Shown in pieces: positions 41,010 through 50,775 of a stretch of DNA of 64,000 bases. The DNA is taken from positions 1,184,001 through 1,248,000 of the forward strand of contig CAVOKF010000007.1 of the NCBI GenBank assembly GCA_963696385.1. The letters are read 5' to 3'. Position 1 is the first letter of the stretch; each line of letters opens with the position of its first letter. A model generated the notes under the pieces. The model made no database searches and was not told where the DNA came from. It saw only the letters and a program-made list of their open reading frames with translations. Both the position numbers and the translations under genes were made by a program. The stretch comes from an uncultured delta proteobacterium (GTDB lineage: Bacteria > Myxococcota_A > Polyangia > Polyangiales > Polyangiaceae).

Positions 41010-41734
41010 ACGAAGCCCGACGACTCCTGGAGGCGGGCAGCGAACGCGAACGCGCGTTGCTGCGGGCGGGGGCTGACGAAAGGCCCAGCGCCACGAGCGT
41101 GCGCGCTGCCGCCCACCGACTGGGGCTCGCCCCGGCGGTGGCGCTCATCTCGGTCGGCTCGGCCGTCAAAGGCCTGCGATGGTCGTCGCGCATGGGCTAC
41201 GTGCTCGCGCCGACGCTGGGGATCGTGAGCTTGGGGTTGACCGCGCTTTATAGACTGTCGGCCCCTGCCCCGGCGGTGACCTCCGGAGTCGCCGCCACGT
41301 CGGTCGTCGCCGAGTCCCCCGGGCACACGACGTCGGCAACGAATGCCGCCGACCCCGCCGCGCAGCAAGCGCTCGCGAGTCCGGCAATGAACGCCCCGCC
41401 GCCAAGCATGGACTCCCCCGGGCTCACTCCAGCCCATCCCGCACAGCCGGCCACCGTCAGGCGTTCCGGGTTGAAGGAGCAGCTCGCCCTCATCGAACGC
41501 GCCCGCTCGCTCGAGGCGTCCGGCGACGCCGCCGCCGCGCTCCGCGCCGTCGAAGACTACGAACGCCGGTTCGCCGGCGGCGTTTTGGGCGAAGAGGCGT
41601 CCTTCATTCGCCTGCAGGCGGTCTCGGCGCTCGGCGACCGGGGTCGTGCGGTAGCTCTTGCTCAGCGATTCGTCGCCGAACACCCCACGAGCGTGTACGT
41701 CGACGGAGCGAAAGCGATTCTGCGAAGCCCGTAA
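41006..41734 (+). CDS. Putative membrane anti-sigma factor with TPR-like C-terminus
   Basis: Overlaps the sigma gene by 4 nt; central TM; EQLALIERAR...YERRFAGGVLGEEA...FVAEHPTS. Confidence 0.7.
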   Translation: MNEARRLLEAGSERERALLRAGADERPSATSVRAAAHRLGLAPAVALISVGSAVKGLRWSSRMGYVLAPTLGIVSLGLTALYRLSAPAPAVTSGVAATSVVAESPGHTTSATNAADPAAQQALASPAMNAPPPSMDSPGLTPAHPAQPATVRRSGLKEQLALIERARSLEASGDAAAALRAVEDYERRFAGGVLGEEASFIRLQAVSALGDRGRAVALAQRFVAEHPTSVYVDGAKAILRSP

Positions 41735-41758
41735 GGGTGTGCCCCCCCACGTAAGGGC

Positions 41759-43048
41759 TCACTCGAGGACAAGGCCCAACCCCAACGTGGCGTGCCCGAC
41801 AATCTTGGGCACCTCGAACACACTTGCGGACCCAAGTACGAATTGGTCGCGGTCGAGAGCGACGAGCGCGCCGAGCGCGATCTCGACGAACAGGGGTCCG
41901 AAAGCCACGATCCCGGCGGTCGCCTCGACCCCCGCTGCCGCCCACGGGCAATCCGCCGAGTGCGGCAGGTAGGTGTCTGAACCGGCGGCGCGTAGGACCC
42001 CGTATTCGGCGATCGCGCAAGGCCGAAAGATCCAGCGGGACAAAAAGGGCGCGGCCAGCGGGCACGCTTCGAGGGTCCCGGCGCCCAGACCGAAGCTCGC
42101 GACGCCCTGGGAGTAAGAGAAATCTCGATCCACCGTGTACGTCAGGCCGACCCGCAGCGAAGGAGCCCACATCGACTCGCCCTGCGCGACCGCCACTCCG
42201 GCGAGCGCGGCGACCCCCTGTGTGGGACCAGGAGCCATGCCCCAGGTGCTGATCGCGGCGGCGCTTCCGTGAAACGACCAGGTGCGCCGGCCGGCGGAGC
42301 GCGTGGCGCCCAACGCCCTCGCATCGCGGGCAGGGGTGAACGGCGGCGAACCGGCCCCCGAGGAGGAGGCCGGCGGCGGCAGCGCGGGCGTCAACGGCGA
42401 CGCTTGGGGGTTGGGGATCGGGGGCGGCGACACAAGAGGCGCCGGGGGCGCGGTCGCAGCCACTGCGGGCGAAGGCGCGACCACCGCGGGCGGAGACGTG
42501 GAGACTGCGGGCGAAGGCGCGACCACCGCGGACGCAGATGCCGACGCTGCAGGCGGAGGCGCCACCACGGCGGGCGCAGATGCCGAGACGGTTGGCGGAG
42601 ACGCGGAGGGGGCCGGGGCCGCGCGGGCAGGTACCGATGGCCGTGTGCCGGCGGATGCGCCTGCCGGCTCGATCGGACCGCCGGCGACGATCGCCAACGC
42701 GGCCATCAGCCCGATCGCCTCCGTCGCTTGGCGGCAGTCGGCCGCCACGATGGTGCGCTCGGACGTTCGCCCGTTGGGCTCGATGAGAAGGATCCGGCCG
42801 ACAGCGCCCTTTGCACTCGTCTGCACTTCGCCCCTGAGAAGCCGAGCGGGCGCACCCGACGGCGGCGTGCGTAGGGAGCCCACGCGGCTCCTCACGCGGC
42901 TCTCGAAATCCGCCAAATTGGGACACCCCGGGGGAGCGACGAACTCGAGACGCACGGCGGGCGGGGCGCTCTCGGCAAGCAGGCGTTGCGACGACCCGAC
43001 GACGGCGAGCACGAGTCCACCGGTCACCAAGCGGCAACGCATGCCCAT
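41759..43048 (-). CDS. Hypothetical exported protein, Pro-rich linker and beta-strand-rich C-terminus
   Basis: Signal peptide, GCP...C domain, AVVAPSPAV repeats, alternating-pattern C-terminus. Confidence 0.65.
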   Translation of the reverse strand: MGMRCRLVTGGLVLAVVGSSQRLLAESAPPAVRLEFVAPPGCPNLADFESRVRSRVGSLRTPPSGAPARLLRGEVQTSAKGAVGRILLIEPNGRTSERTIVAADCRQATEAIGLMAALAIVAGGPIEPAGASAGTRPSVPARAAPAPSASPPTVSASAPAVVAPPPAASASASAVVAPSPAVSTSPPAVVAPSPAVAATAPPAPLVSPPPIPNPQASPLTPALPPPASSSGAGSPPFTPARDARALGATRSAGRRTWSFHGSAAAISTWGMAPGPTQGVAALAGVAVAQGESMWAPSLRVGLTYTVDRDFSYSQGVASFGLGAGTLEACPLAAPFLSRWIFRPCAIAEYGVLRAAGSDTYLPHSADCPWAAAGVEATAGIVAFGPLFVEIALGALVALDRDQFVLGSASVFEVPKIVGHATLGLGLVLE

Positions 43049-43260
43049 GGATGCTTACCCTACCTCTGCCGCGGGCAGCATCGTCGCATCCCTGGCGATC
43101 GTTCGCGTCGCCGCGCCCTGCGCAGATTGGATCGCGCAGTCCTTGCGATCGTGCGCAAAGGATGCGGCGATGGCCTGGCACCTAGACGCCTACGCGTCCG
43201 GACGAGGGCGTCTGCAACCCCTCCGAGACGCGGCGGGCGCCTCATGGCGCGGCGGGCGCT

Positions 43261-43276
43261 CGGCACGGGGCATGCC
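43261..43276 (+). promoter_or_regulatory. Possible sigma54 promoter
   Basis: CGGCACGGGGCATGCC: GG-N10-GC just upstream of ATG 43294. Confidence 0.5.
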
Positions 43277-43293
43277 TCTCTTTCTCCGGCATC

Positions 43294-43788
43294 ATGGCTG
43301 AACCACGAACACTTCGCTGCTACGAATACGTCAATCGGCCGTACGCGGCTGTGAGCGAGCTCCTTCATCGCGACCCGCTCAAGTTGCTCCAGCGAGCGAC
43401 GTCGTCGGCGGCCGCGCGGGCGAGTTCTTTGTTTGCAAACTTGCACGTGCACGTCGCTGGCATCGACATTGGCGTGGACGTGCGCGTTCTGGTGCGCCGA
43501 GTGCGCGACATGGAGACGGGACCCGGTATCGTGCCGGTCACGCGAGTCGAGCTGTCATGGGAGGCCACGCGCGCCGCAGCGCTTTTTCCGACCATGCTCG
43601 CCGAACTGTCCGCTCAGCCGCTGTCGGCGACGGAAACGCAACTCGATATCGCGGGAACGTACTGGCTGCCGCTCGGCCTTCTCGGCAACGCGATCGACTC
43701 CACGATAGGACACCGGATCGCGGAGGCCACCGTGCACCGCTTGCTCGGGGATCTCGTGGAGCAGATTCGAGACGAGCTCAAAGCCTAG
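43294..43788 (+). CDS. Hypothetical protein (possible SRPBCC-like fold)
   Basis: YEYVNRPY, LSWEA, LFP, GHRIAEA; clean ORF. Confidence 0.7.
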   Translation: MAEPRTLRCYEYVNRPYAAVSELLHRDPLKLLQRATSSAAARASSLFANLHVHVAGIDIGVDVRVLVRRVRDMETGPGIVPVTRVELSWEATRAAALFPTMLAELSAQPLSATETQLDIAGTYWLPLGLLGNAIDSTIGHRIAEATVHRLLGDLVEQIRDELKA

Positions 43789-43870
43789 CGCGTTCCTGCA
43801 CGGCGCGGCGCGATGCGGACCGCCTCCCGAATCGGGAAGCCCGACTGCGGACGTGGTACGTCCCCTTGGC

Positions 43871-45304
43871 ATGACGAGCGAAAGCGAGCCGGGCCAAGAG
43901 GGCCCGCGCCCGGTACCCCTGACCCGGTTCGAGCAGCGCTTCGGACACCCGCCGGGACTCGTCATCCTGTTCTTCGCGGAGATGTGGGAGCGATTCAGCT
44001 TCTACGGCATGCGCGGCCTGCTCAAGCTCTACATGGTCAACTACCTCTTCGTCACGGCCCGCGAAGCCCTGCAGGGGTGCACGAAGCTCGTGCCCCCGTG
44101 CGCTCTCACCCCCGGCAATCCGCACGACGTCTTCTTCTGGGACTCCATCCAGCGCATTCTTCCCCAGCGCCCCGCCGAGGCTGCCTCGCTTCTGTACGGG
44201 ACGTATACGGCGCTGGTCTATTTGACCCCTTTTTTCGGGGGCATCATCGCCGACCGATGGCTTGGCCAGCGCAAGGCCGTGGTCATCGGGGCCGTACTGA
44301 TGGCGCTCGGCCACTTCGTCATGGCGATCGAGAGTTCATTTTTCGTCGCTCTGATCCTGCTCATTCTGGGCAATGGCTCGTTCAAGCCGAACATCTCGAC
44401 CCAGGTCGGCAACCTGTATCGGCCGTCGGACCCCAGGCGCGACGGCGCATTCACCATTTTCTATATGGGCATCAACCTGGGTGCATTCATCGCAAACCTG
44501 GTCTGCGGTACGCTCGCCGCGATCTACGGATGGCACGTTGGGTTCGCGGCAGCCGGTGTGGGCATGATCCTCGGACTCTCGGTGTATCTTGCCGGACACC
44601 GGCACCTGGCCGAAGACAACCTCACCAAGGCGCGCCTGGCGCACGCGAGCCCGCCGGCAGCGCTCACCGGGGGGGAGAAGCGTCGAGTCGTGGCCCTGGT
44701 CGTCTTGTGCGCGCTCAACGTGGTGTTCTGGGCCGTTTACGAGCAGCAAGGCAACACCATGCAATCGTGGGCCGACGACCAGACTCGCTGGCCCAGGGTC
44801 TTCGGCTTCCAGATCCCATCGACCTGGTTCCAGTCGTTCAATCCCCTGGCCATCATCGTCCTCGCGCCGCTGCTCGATATCCTGTGGCGCAGGCAACGCG
44901 AACGCAACGCCGAGCCGACCACGCTCACCAAGATGGCGCTCGGATGCATCCTGCTCGGCGCGAGCTTCGTCGTGATGATCGCGGGTGCCCGGGTGGTGGG
45001 TGAGGGCCGCGGAAGCCCATTGTGGCCCCTGGGCTGCACCCTGCTCTTGACCATCGGGGAGCTCTATCTCTCACCCGTCGGGCTCTCGCTCGTGACCAAG
45101 GTGGCGCCGATTCGGATGGTTTCCATGTTGATGGGCATGTGGCTTCTGTCGAGCTTCTTCGGCAATTTCCTGAGTGGCGCGATCGGTGTCCTTTACACGC
45201 GCTGGTCCAAGGACGCGTTCTTTCTTCTCCTGACCTTGCTCGGCGTCGGCATCGGGTTGGCGATGCTCGCCGTCCGACGGCCGTTGAAGGCCGCCATGCA
45301 ATAG
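43871..45304 (+). CDS. POT-family peptide MFS transporter
   Basis: GHPPGL, EMWERFSFYGM, FKPNIST, FTIFYMGINLG, GELYLSPVG. Confidence 0.95.
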   Translation: MTSESEPGQEGPRPVPLTRFEQRFGHPPGLVILFFAEMWERFSFYGMRGLLKLYMVNYLFVTAREALQGCTKLVPPCALTPGNPHDVFFWDSIQRILPQRPAEAASLLYGTYTALVYLTPFFGGIIADRWLGQRKAVVIGAVLMALGHFVMAIESSFFVALILLILGNGSFKPNISTQVGNLYRPSDPRRDGAFTIFYMGINLGAFIANLVCGTLAAIYGWHVGFAAAGVGMILGLSVYLAGHRHLAEDNLTKARLAHASPPAALTGGEKRRVVALVVLCALNVVFWAVYEQQGNTMQSWADDQTRWPRVFGFQIPSTWFQSFNPLAIIVLAPLLDILWRRQRERNAEPTTLTKMALGCILLGASFVVMIAGARVVGEGRGSPLWPLGCTLLLTIGELYLSPVGLSLVTKVAPIRMVSMLMGMWLLSSFFGNFLSGAIGVLYTRWSKDAFFLLLTLLGVGIGLAMLAVRRPLKAAMQ

Positions 45305-45306
45305 AG

Positions 45307-45879
45307 TCAACGGGGGCCGGGAAGCTTGCCGAGCTTCCGCTGCAGACTCCGCCGATGCAGGCCAAGCAGGCGCGCGGCTTGTGTGACGTTGCCCCCGCAC
45401 TCGACCATCACGCGCTCGATGTGCTCCCATTCGACCCGCGCGAGGCTCGGAACCTTCGCCGGCTGCGGCAACTCCGACGGTCGCGGTTGCAGCTCGAAGC
45501 CCGCAATGAGCTCATCGATATCGGCAGGCTTGGTCAGATAGTGGATGGCGCCTGAGCGCACGGCCTCGAGAGCCGTCGCAATGCTGCCATAGCCCGTCAA
45601 GACGACGATGCGCGTCGTGGGATCGAGTTCGTGCAGTCGGCGCACCACCGTGAGCCCGGATGCGCCTTGCAGCCGCAGGTCGACGACGGCGTACTCGGGA
45701 GTTTCTCGCTCCGCTCTCGCAATCGCTTCTCCGGGACTCCCCGCGCCCCAGGCCGCGAAACCGCGCTCTTCGAGCGCTTGCAGGAGCCGAAGACGAAAGG
45801 ACTCTTCGTCGTCGACGACGAGGACCGTCTTGCGCTCGATGTCGGCGGCCACGAGCGTCTGCGGCGACGGCTGACTCAT
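45307..45879 (-). CDS. regA: RegA/PrrA-family response regulator
   Basis: LTGYGSIATA, SLARVEWEHIERV, NVTQAARLLGLHRRSLQRKL. Confidence 0.93.
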   Translation of the reverse strand: MSQPSPQTLVAADIERKTVLVVDDEESFRLRLLQALEERGFAAWGAGSPGEAIARAERETPEYAVVDLRLQGASGLTVVRRLHELDPTTRIVVLTGYGSIATALEAVRSGAIHYLTKPADIDELIAGFELQPRPSELPQPAKVPSLARVEWEHIERVMVECGGNVTQAARLLGLHRRSLQRKLGKLPGPR

Positions 45880-47243
45880 GAGCCACCCGCAAGCGGGTCG
45901 AGCGGCAGCGCGAGCTCGGCATCGAGACCCCCGCCGGGCCTGGGCGAATACCGAAGCTCTCCACCGAGGCGCTGCGCGAATCTCTGGGCAAGGTAGACGC
46001 CGAGTCCGAGCCCTCCGGCCTGCGCTTTCGTTGTCAGGAAGGGCTGACCCACGCGCTGCAGCACCGACGCCGACATGCCGGGGCCGCGGTCCAGCACGTG
46101 GAAGACGAGCCGGTCGCCGACCGCGACGCAAAGCTCCACGGGCGCGTCCACCTTCGCCTCCTCGTGCGCCTCGACGGCATTCCGGACGAGGTTCGTAATC
46201 ATTTGCGCCAGCGTGTCCTTCGGCAACACGACGGTCGTGGCAGACGCTTGCGCGCCGTCGAGTCGGACGACGAGAGGCACACGTCCACGCGCAGCGGCGC
46301 GGTCGACCAAGCCCAAGACCTCGCCAGGTGTCGTGAACGCAGGCATTTCGCCCACCGACTCGCCAGCGCGTGCCGAGATGTCGCCCAGGATCTTCCGGCA
46401 ACGTGCGACTTCGCGGCAAATCAGCTGCGCGTCCGCCTGGAGCGCGCCACCGGAGCGCCCCTGCACGACGCCCGACGCCAGTTCCTTGGCGGCGAGACCG
46501 ATGGTGGCGAGGGGCGTAGCCAGCTCATGAGCCGCGTGAGCCGAGAAGCTCGAGAGCGTGGCCAACCTGTCGTTTTGCAGAGCCAGGTGCTCCACCGCCG
46601 CCAGGTGTCGATCGCGATCGCGCAGGGCCTGCGACACCTTGCCGATGAAGTAGGCGACAAACGAGGCCGTGAGCGCGTACGAGACCCACATTCCAAGCAG
46701 ATGCATCCTCGCGACCGATCCATGCCCATGCTCGTGGTGGTCGTGCACCGACCCGAGAAAGAGCGACCCGAAGGCAACGACGGTGAGGCCGACGAGTCCC
46801 CACGCCGCCCGCGGCGGCAGCAGCAGCGACGCGAGTGCGACGTGAACGAGGAAAAAGACGCTGAAGGGGTTTGCGGGGCCGCCGGAGACGTAGAGCATCG
46901 CCGTCAGACCGAGCGCGTCGACGACCAGCACGATGGGAATCAGGCGCTCGGCGGCGGTCGCGGCCGACGGCAATCGGGATAGGACGAGGTTGGAAGCCGC
47001 CGTCAGCCCGACAATCGTGCCCATCACGAGCCAGGGCAACTGCACCCCCAAGACAAAACGCGCCGTGCCCAGGGCGATCACCTGTCCGGCCACCGCACCC
47101 CAACGCAGACGCACCAGCCAGGGCAGCCCCACGAACGTTTCGGCCAAGGGGGGCACCGGGTTGGCTCGCGGTGCGACCGGCCATCCGCGGCGCACGGGGC
47201 CCGCAACGCCGCTCAGCGCGGGGATCTCGGCCTGCGGCAGCAT
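45876..47243 (-). CDS. regB: RegB/PrrB-family sensor histidine kinase
   Basis: LVRLRW, GGPANPF, AAHELATPL, RCRKIL Cys, PFLTTK, GLGLG; His-rich loop HDHHEHGHG. Confidence 0.9.
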   Translation of the reverse strand: MLPQAEIPALSGVAGPVRRGWPVAPRANPVPPLAETFVGLPWLVRLRWGAVAGQVIALGTARFVLGVQLPWLVMGTIVGLTAASNLVLSRLPSAATAAERLIPIVLVVDALGLTAMLYVSGGPANPFSVFFLVHVALASLLLPPRAAWGLVGLTVVAFGSLFLGSVHDHHEHGHGSVARMHLLGMWVSYALTASFVAYFIGKVSQALRDRDRHLAAVEHLALQNDRLATLSSFSAHAAHELATPLATIGLAAKELASGVVQGRSGGALQADAQLICREVARCRKILGDISARAGESVGEMPAFTTPGEVLGLVDRAAARGRVPLVVRLDGAQASATTVVLPKDTLAQMITNLVRNAVEAHEEAKVDAPVELCVAVGDRLVFHVLDRGPGMSASVLQRVGQPFLTTKAQAGGLGLGVYLAQRFAQRLGGELRYSPRPGGGLDAELALPLDPLAGGS

Positions 47244-47450
47244 GCCGATCACTTTAGTGCAGGAAGTCACCGGGCGATGTGCGACAGAACGTCGCACCCC
47301 GGCGCGTGTCTCCGGCCCCGGGCAGCGGGCGTCCGCATCGGAGCGCCCGTGGGTCACCCTTCTGCCGTCATCCTCGCCGGTGCGGGGCCAGCGGGCTATG
47401 CGACGATTTGCCGCGCCACGCAGCGCGCACACTCGCGGCAGACTCGCGGA

Positions 47451-48023
47451 ATGCCTCTTCGCGTCTACGTTCTACCGGCGCTTCTTGCGTGCGTCTCGTG
47501 CGCCGCGTCGGATCGGCCAGCTCCGCAAACACCGAGCGCGCCGCTCGTCGCCGTCGACGGAACGTCTCGCGACGCCCGCAGCGTCGCGGCCGACGCGCGC
47601 TTGACCGTCTTCATTTTCTTTTCGTCGCATTGCCACTGCCTTTCCGCGCACGATGCAAGGATACGCGCGCTTTTCGATGCCTATGGGCCGCGCGGCGTCC
47701 AATTCGCAATGGTGGACTCGGAGGTCCTGGCGACACCCGAAGCGGACGCGGTCGAAGCGCATCGCCGCGGCTACCGGTTCCCGATCTGGCTCGATCGGCA
47801 CGCCAGGCTGGCCGACGCACTCGGCGCCGAGTACGCCACGTATGCGGTCGTGGTCGACTCGCGCGGGAGCGTGCTCTACCGAGGCGGACTCGACAGCGAC
47901 AAGCAGCATTTGCACGACGACGCCCGGTTCTACTTGCGCGACGCGCTCGACGACCTCCTGGCGGGCCGCGCACCTCGTCGTGCCGAAGGAAAAACGCTCG
48001 GCTGCGCGCTCGTCAAATCGTAG
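47451..48023 (+). CDS. Redoxin (thioredoxin-fold) lipoprotein with CxC
   Basis: FFSSHCHC, YRFPIWLD, YRGGLD, YLRDALDDLLAG, GC near the C-terminus. Confidence 0.85.
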   Translation: MPLRVYVLPALLACVSCAASDRPAPQTPSAPLVAVDGTSRDARSVAADARLTVFIFFSSHCHCLSAHDARIRALFDAYGPRGVQFAMVDSEVLATPEADAVEAHRRGYRFPIWLDRHARLADALGAEYATYAVVVDSRGSVLYRGGLDSDKQHLHDDARFYLRDALDDLLAGRAPRRAEGKTLGCALVKS

Positions 48024-48111
48024 AGACGGAGCCGGCAAGCGCCGAGGACAGCGGCCGCCGCGACGATTTGCCGCAGGCCGACCCTCGCGCGCATGTGCCA
48101 GGATGGCCCGC

Positions 48112-48561
48112 ATGCGAGTCGCGTGGACCACGGGTTGGCTCGCGCTGTCGGTCGCCTGCGGCACGGCGTCCACGCCCGAAACGTACGGCTTTACGGCACC
48201 GCCGATGCTCGCGCTCGTTTCGCGCGACTCCGCGCTACAAGTCGCCGTGCGAACTTCGCCGCAACCGCCGACGCGAGGCGAGCAAAGTGTCGAGTACACG
48301 ATCTCGGACACCACGGGCGCTCCGGCTTCGGGGCTGACCCTCGTCGTCGTACCCTGGATGCCGGCCATGGGGCACGGAACGGCCGTGACCCCGGTGGTCT
48401 CCGAGACCGCGCCCGGAACGTACCGGATCGCGGACGTCGACTTCTTCATGCCGGGGCAGTGGGTTCTCCGGACGACAATCTCGGGCCCCACCGGTTCGGA
48501 TGCAGCCGCCGACGGGGGCTCCCCGAGTGACTATGTCGAACCGTCGTTCGAAATACCCTGA
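48112..48561 (+). CDS. YtkA/FixH-like lipoprotein
   Basis: SVAC lipobox, PWMPAMGHG, PGTY, FFMPGQW. Confidence 0.82.
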   Translation: MRVAWTTGWLALSVACGTASTPETYGFTAPPMLALVSRDSALQVAVRTSPQPPTRGEQSVEYTISDTTGAPASGLTLVVVPWMPAMGHGTAVTPVVSETAPGTYRIADVDFFMPGQWVLRTTISGPTGSDAAADGGSPSDYVEPSFEIP

Positions 48562-49480
48562 GGGGATAACCGCGCTCGGCGCCGCATGCGCAATCTTGGC
48601 CGTCTCCCCTTCCGCGCGCAGTCAGGCCTGTTGTGCGGGAACGGGGGCCGTGACGCCCGGGCGGCTGGCGTTGCACGAAGACGCGCTGCTCGGACTCCAG
48701 ACGAAGGTGGGGGACGTGGTCGGCTCGTTCAACCTGGCTGGGGACTACGTCGCGCCGCCCGCGAGAGCGTCGGAGCTCGACTTCGAAGAGGACCTGTTTG
48801 GCGCGGTCCGCTTCTTGGGTCGCGGACAAGTGGCTCTTCTCGTTCCGCTCGTCGAAACCTGGCGGGCCAGTCTTGGACAGTCGGCCTTCGGCGGGGGATT
48901 CGGCGACGTGAACGTGAGCGCCCGCTACGACTTCACGATCGCGGGGGCGTCGCTCGTCGTTCCAGGGGTTGCCGCGCTGGCGGGGCTGACTCTGCCGACC
49001 GGAAAGCCTCCCGACGCCTCCGACGTCGGGCCTCTGGCGACCGGCGCCACGGGCATCGGCGCAGCCCAATTGAACGCGGGGTTGGCCATCGAGAACGCCT
49101 TCGGGCCGTGGCTCGTCAACGCCACGGCCGTGCTCGCGGTGCGCACGGCGCGCACCGTCGGCTCTGGCGAGTCCGCCGTGCACGAACGGCTGGCGCCTCA
49201 GTGGACGATCCTCGCGGCACTGGCTTATGTGTTCCCAAACGACTGGGCGGCCGCGGTCAGCGCCTCGTACGCAGGCGAGGGAAACGCCACGATCAATGGC
49301 GTCGAGGCGCCCGGAACGTCGCATGGGCTTCCGACACTCTCGCTCTCGGGGGTCGCGCCCTTGAGCGACACCTGGAGACTCCAGGGAGCCCTTTACGACA
49401 ACGTGCCGATTCCCGGCGTCGGCGTGAACCAACCTGCCGACGCCGGCTTTTCGATCACACTGATTCGGTCGTGGCTTTGA
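48533..49480 (+). CDS. Putative outer-membrane beta-barrel transporter with N-terminal CC motif
   Basis: Signal peptide then QACCAG; VPLV, GGFGDV, GLTLPTG, TGIGA motifs; aromatic C-terminus. Confidence 0.65.
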   Translation: MSNRRSKYPEGITALGAACAILAVSPSARSQACCAGTGAVTPGRLALHEDALLGLQTKVGDVVGSFNLAGDYVAPPARASELDFEEDLFGAVRFLGRGQVALLVPLVETWRASLGQSAFGGGFGDVNVSARYDFTIAGASLVVPGVAALAGLTLPTGKPPDASDVGPLATGATGIGAAQLNAGLAIENAFGPWLVNATAVLAVRTARTVGSGESAVHERLAPQWTILAALAYVFPNDWAAAVSASYAGEGNATINGVEAPGTSHGLPTLSLSGVAPLSDTWRLQGALYDNVPIPGVGVNQPADAGFSITLIRSWL

Positions 49481-49586
49481 CGGGGCGGGCCGCTCGCTCA
49501 GGATAGCCCCCGTTCGGTCCGGGCGACCCGCCGTCTTCGGCCACGCACCCCAGCGCGCTCCCCGAGTCGCGCCGCCAGGCCTGCCG

Positions 49587-50270
49587 TCAAGGCACGGTCA
49601 GGTGGAATGCCGCATGTCCGTGGGGTGAATCGGGGGCGACGTCCAAGCAATTCTCGTTGAAATGAAACCGGATCGTCCACGAGCCGGAGGCATCGAACTC
49701 AATCCGGCCGACGTACGTCCCGGGCGTCGTCTCGGTCATCTCGTAAATGTCTCCGCCAGGCGCATTGGTCGGTCCGGGGTGCGTCGTCATGTCGTCGCAG
49801 TAGCCTGCGCCGCCGTCGCCGGATTCGCTCGTGTAGTATTCGATATGGGTATGGGCACCCGTCAGCGGAGTGCTTGTCCCCAAGTACGTCGCTACGACGG
49901 TGAAGACGACGCCGGGGTCGCCTTCGCAGAGGGGCGTCGAGATCCATTCGACATGGTACTTGCAGTCATCGTCGTCGCCGTCTTGACCGTACATCGTCGC
50001 GGCGTACGCGCAGCCGCCGCCCGCGTCCCCCGTCTCGGTGCATCCGGCTGGGCTCACCATCTGAATCATCAAGCCCCCGTCGTCCTGGATGCAATGCGTA
50101 TCGGCCGGCCCCGGGGTCGCGCCGCCGGGGTCCAAGCAGGAACTGGCAGCCGTCGATGGACTGGATTTCGACGAGCAGGCGACGATGGCCATGGCCGTGA
50201 GCCAGAGCGGCACGCCCAGGACAGGTCGCCACTGTGAGATTCGACGAGCTCGCATGTTTCTTCCTTTCAT
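49587..50270 (-). CDS. Cys/His-rich lipoprotein with FixH/YtkA-like C-terminal domain
   Basis: IVAC lipobox, DDDCKYHV, ETTPGTY...GSWTIRFHF, PHGHAAF. Confidence 0.7.
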   Translation of the reverse strand: MKGRNMRARRISQWRPVLGVPLWLTAMAIVACSSKSSPSTAASSCLDPGGATPGPADTHCIQDDGGLMIQMVSPAGCTETGDAGGGCAYAATMYGQDGDDDDCKYHVEWISTPLCEGDPGVVFTVVATYLGTSTPLTGAHTHIEYYTSESGDGGAGYCDDMTTHPGPTNAPGGDIYEMTETTPGTYVGRIEFDASGSWTIRFHFNENCLDVAPDSPHGHAAFHLTVP

Positions 50271-50272
50271 CC

Positions 50273-50635
50273 TCAGTTTTCCGGGGCCTTGCACACGAGC
50301 CAACCAAGGAGCGCAGTCCGATCGACCGTAGAAAGCGGCCCCGCATCGGCGGGGGGCATCGCGCAGGCATTGACCTGAACGAGCATCGACCCTTGGCTTC
50401 GAGACACCCCCGAGTAGCTCGAGAAGTCGAACACGGACTGCTCGACGCCTCCGGTCAGGTGACACGGTCCGCACGACTGATCGACGATGGCCTGAACCTC
50501 GCCGCTCCAACTCGGTCGGGGGCTTGGGCAGGCCGCCGGAAGGTCGTGCGGGCAGACGGGTGGCGTGGATTCCGGATCCGCCCCCTGACAGCCCCCCACG
50601 CTCGACGCGACCAGAGCCACGCGCGCCAGGCGCAT
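50273..50635 (-). CDS. Small c-type cytochrome lipoprotein
   Basis: VGGC lipobox, CGPCH heme motif, distal MPP, W near the C-terminus. Confidence 0.75.
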   Translation of the reverse strand: MRLARVALVASSVGGCQGADPESTPPVCPHDLPAACPSPRPSWSGEVQAIVDQSCGPCHLTGGVEQSVFDFSSYSGVSRSQGSMLVQVNACAMPPADAGPLSTVDRTALLGWLVCKAPEN

Positions 50636-50775
50636 CACGGAGCCGGCGGTGCCGCGCTGAAACCGCACGAGCGCAGTCGTAGCGGCGACCGCCGCAAAGG
50701 GACATGCGGTGTTTTGTCGCAGAGGCCCGACACCGCACCGAGGGGGGCGCGACCTTCATGGGGTAGCCTCATCGA

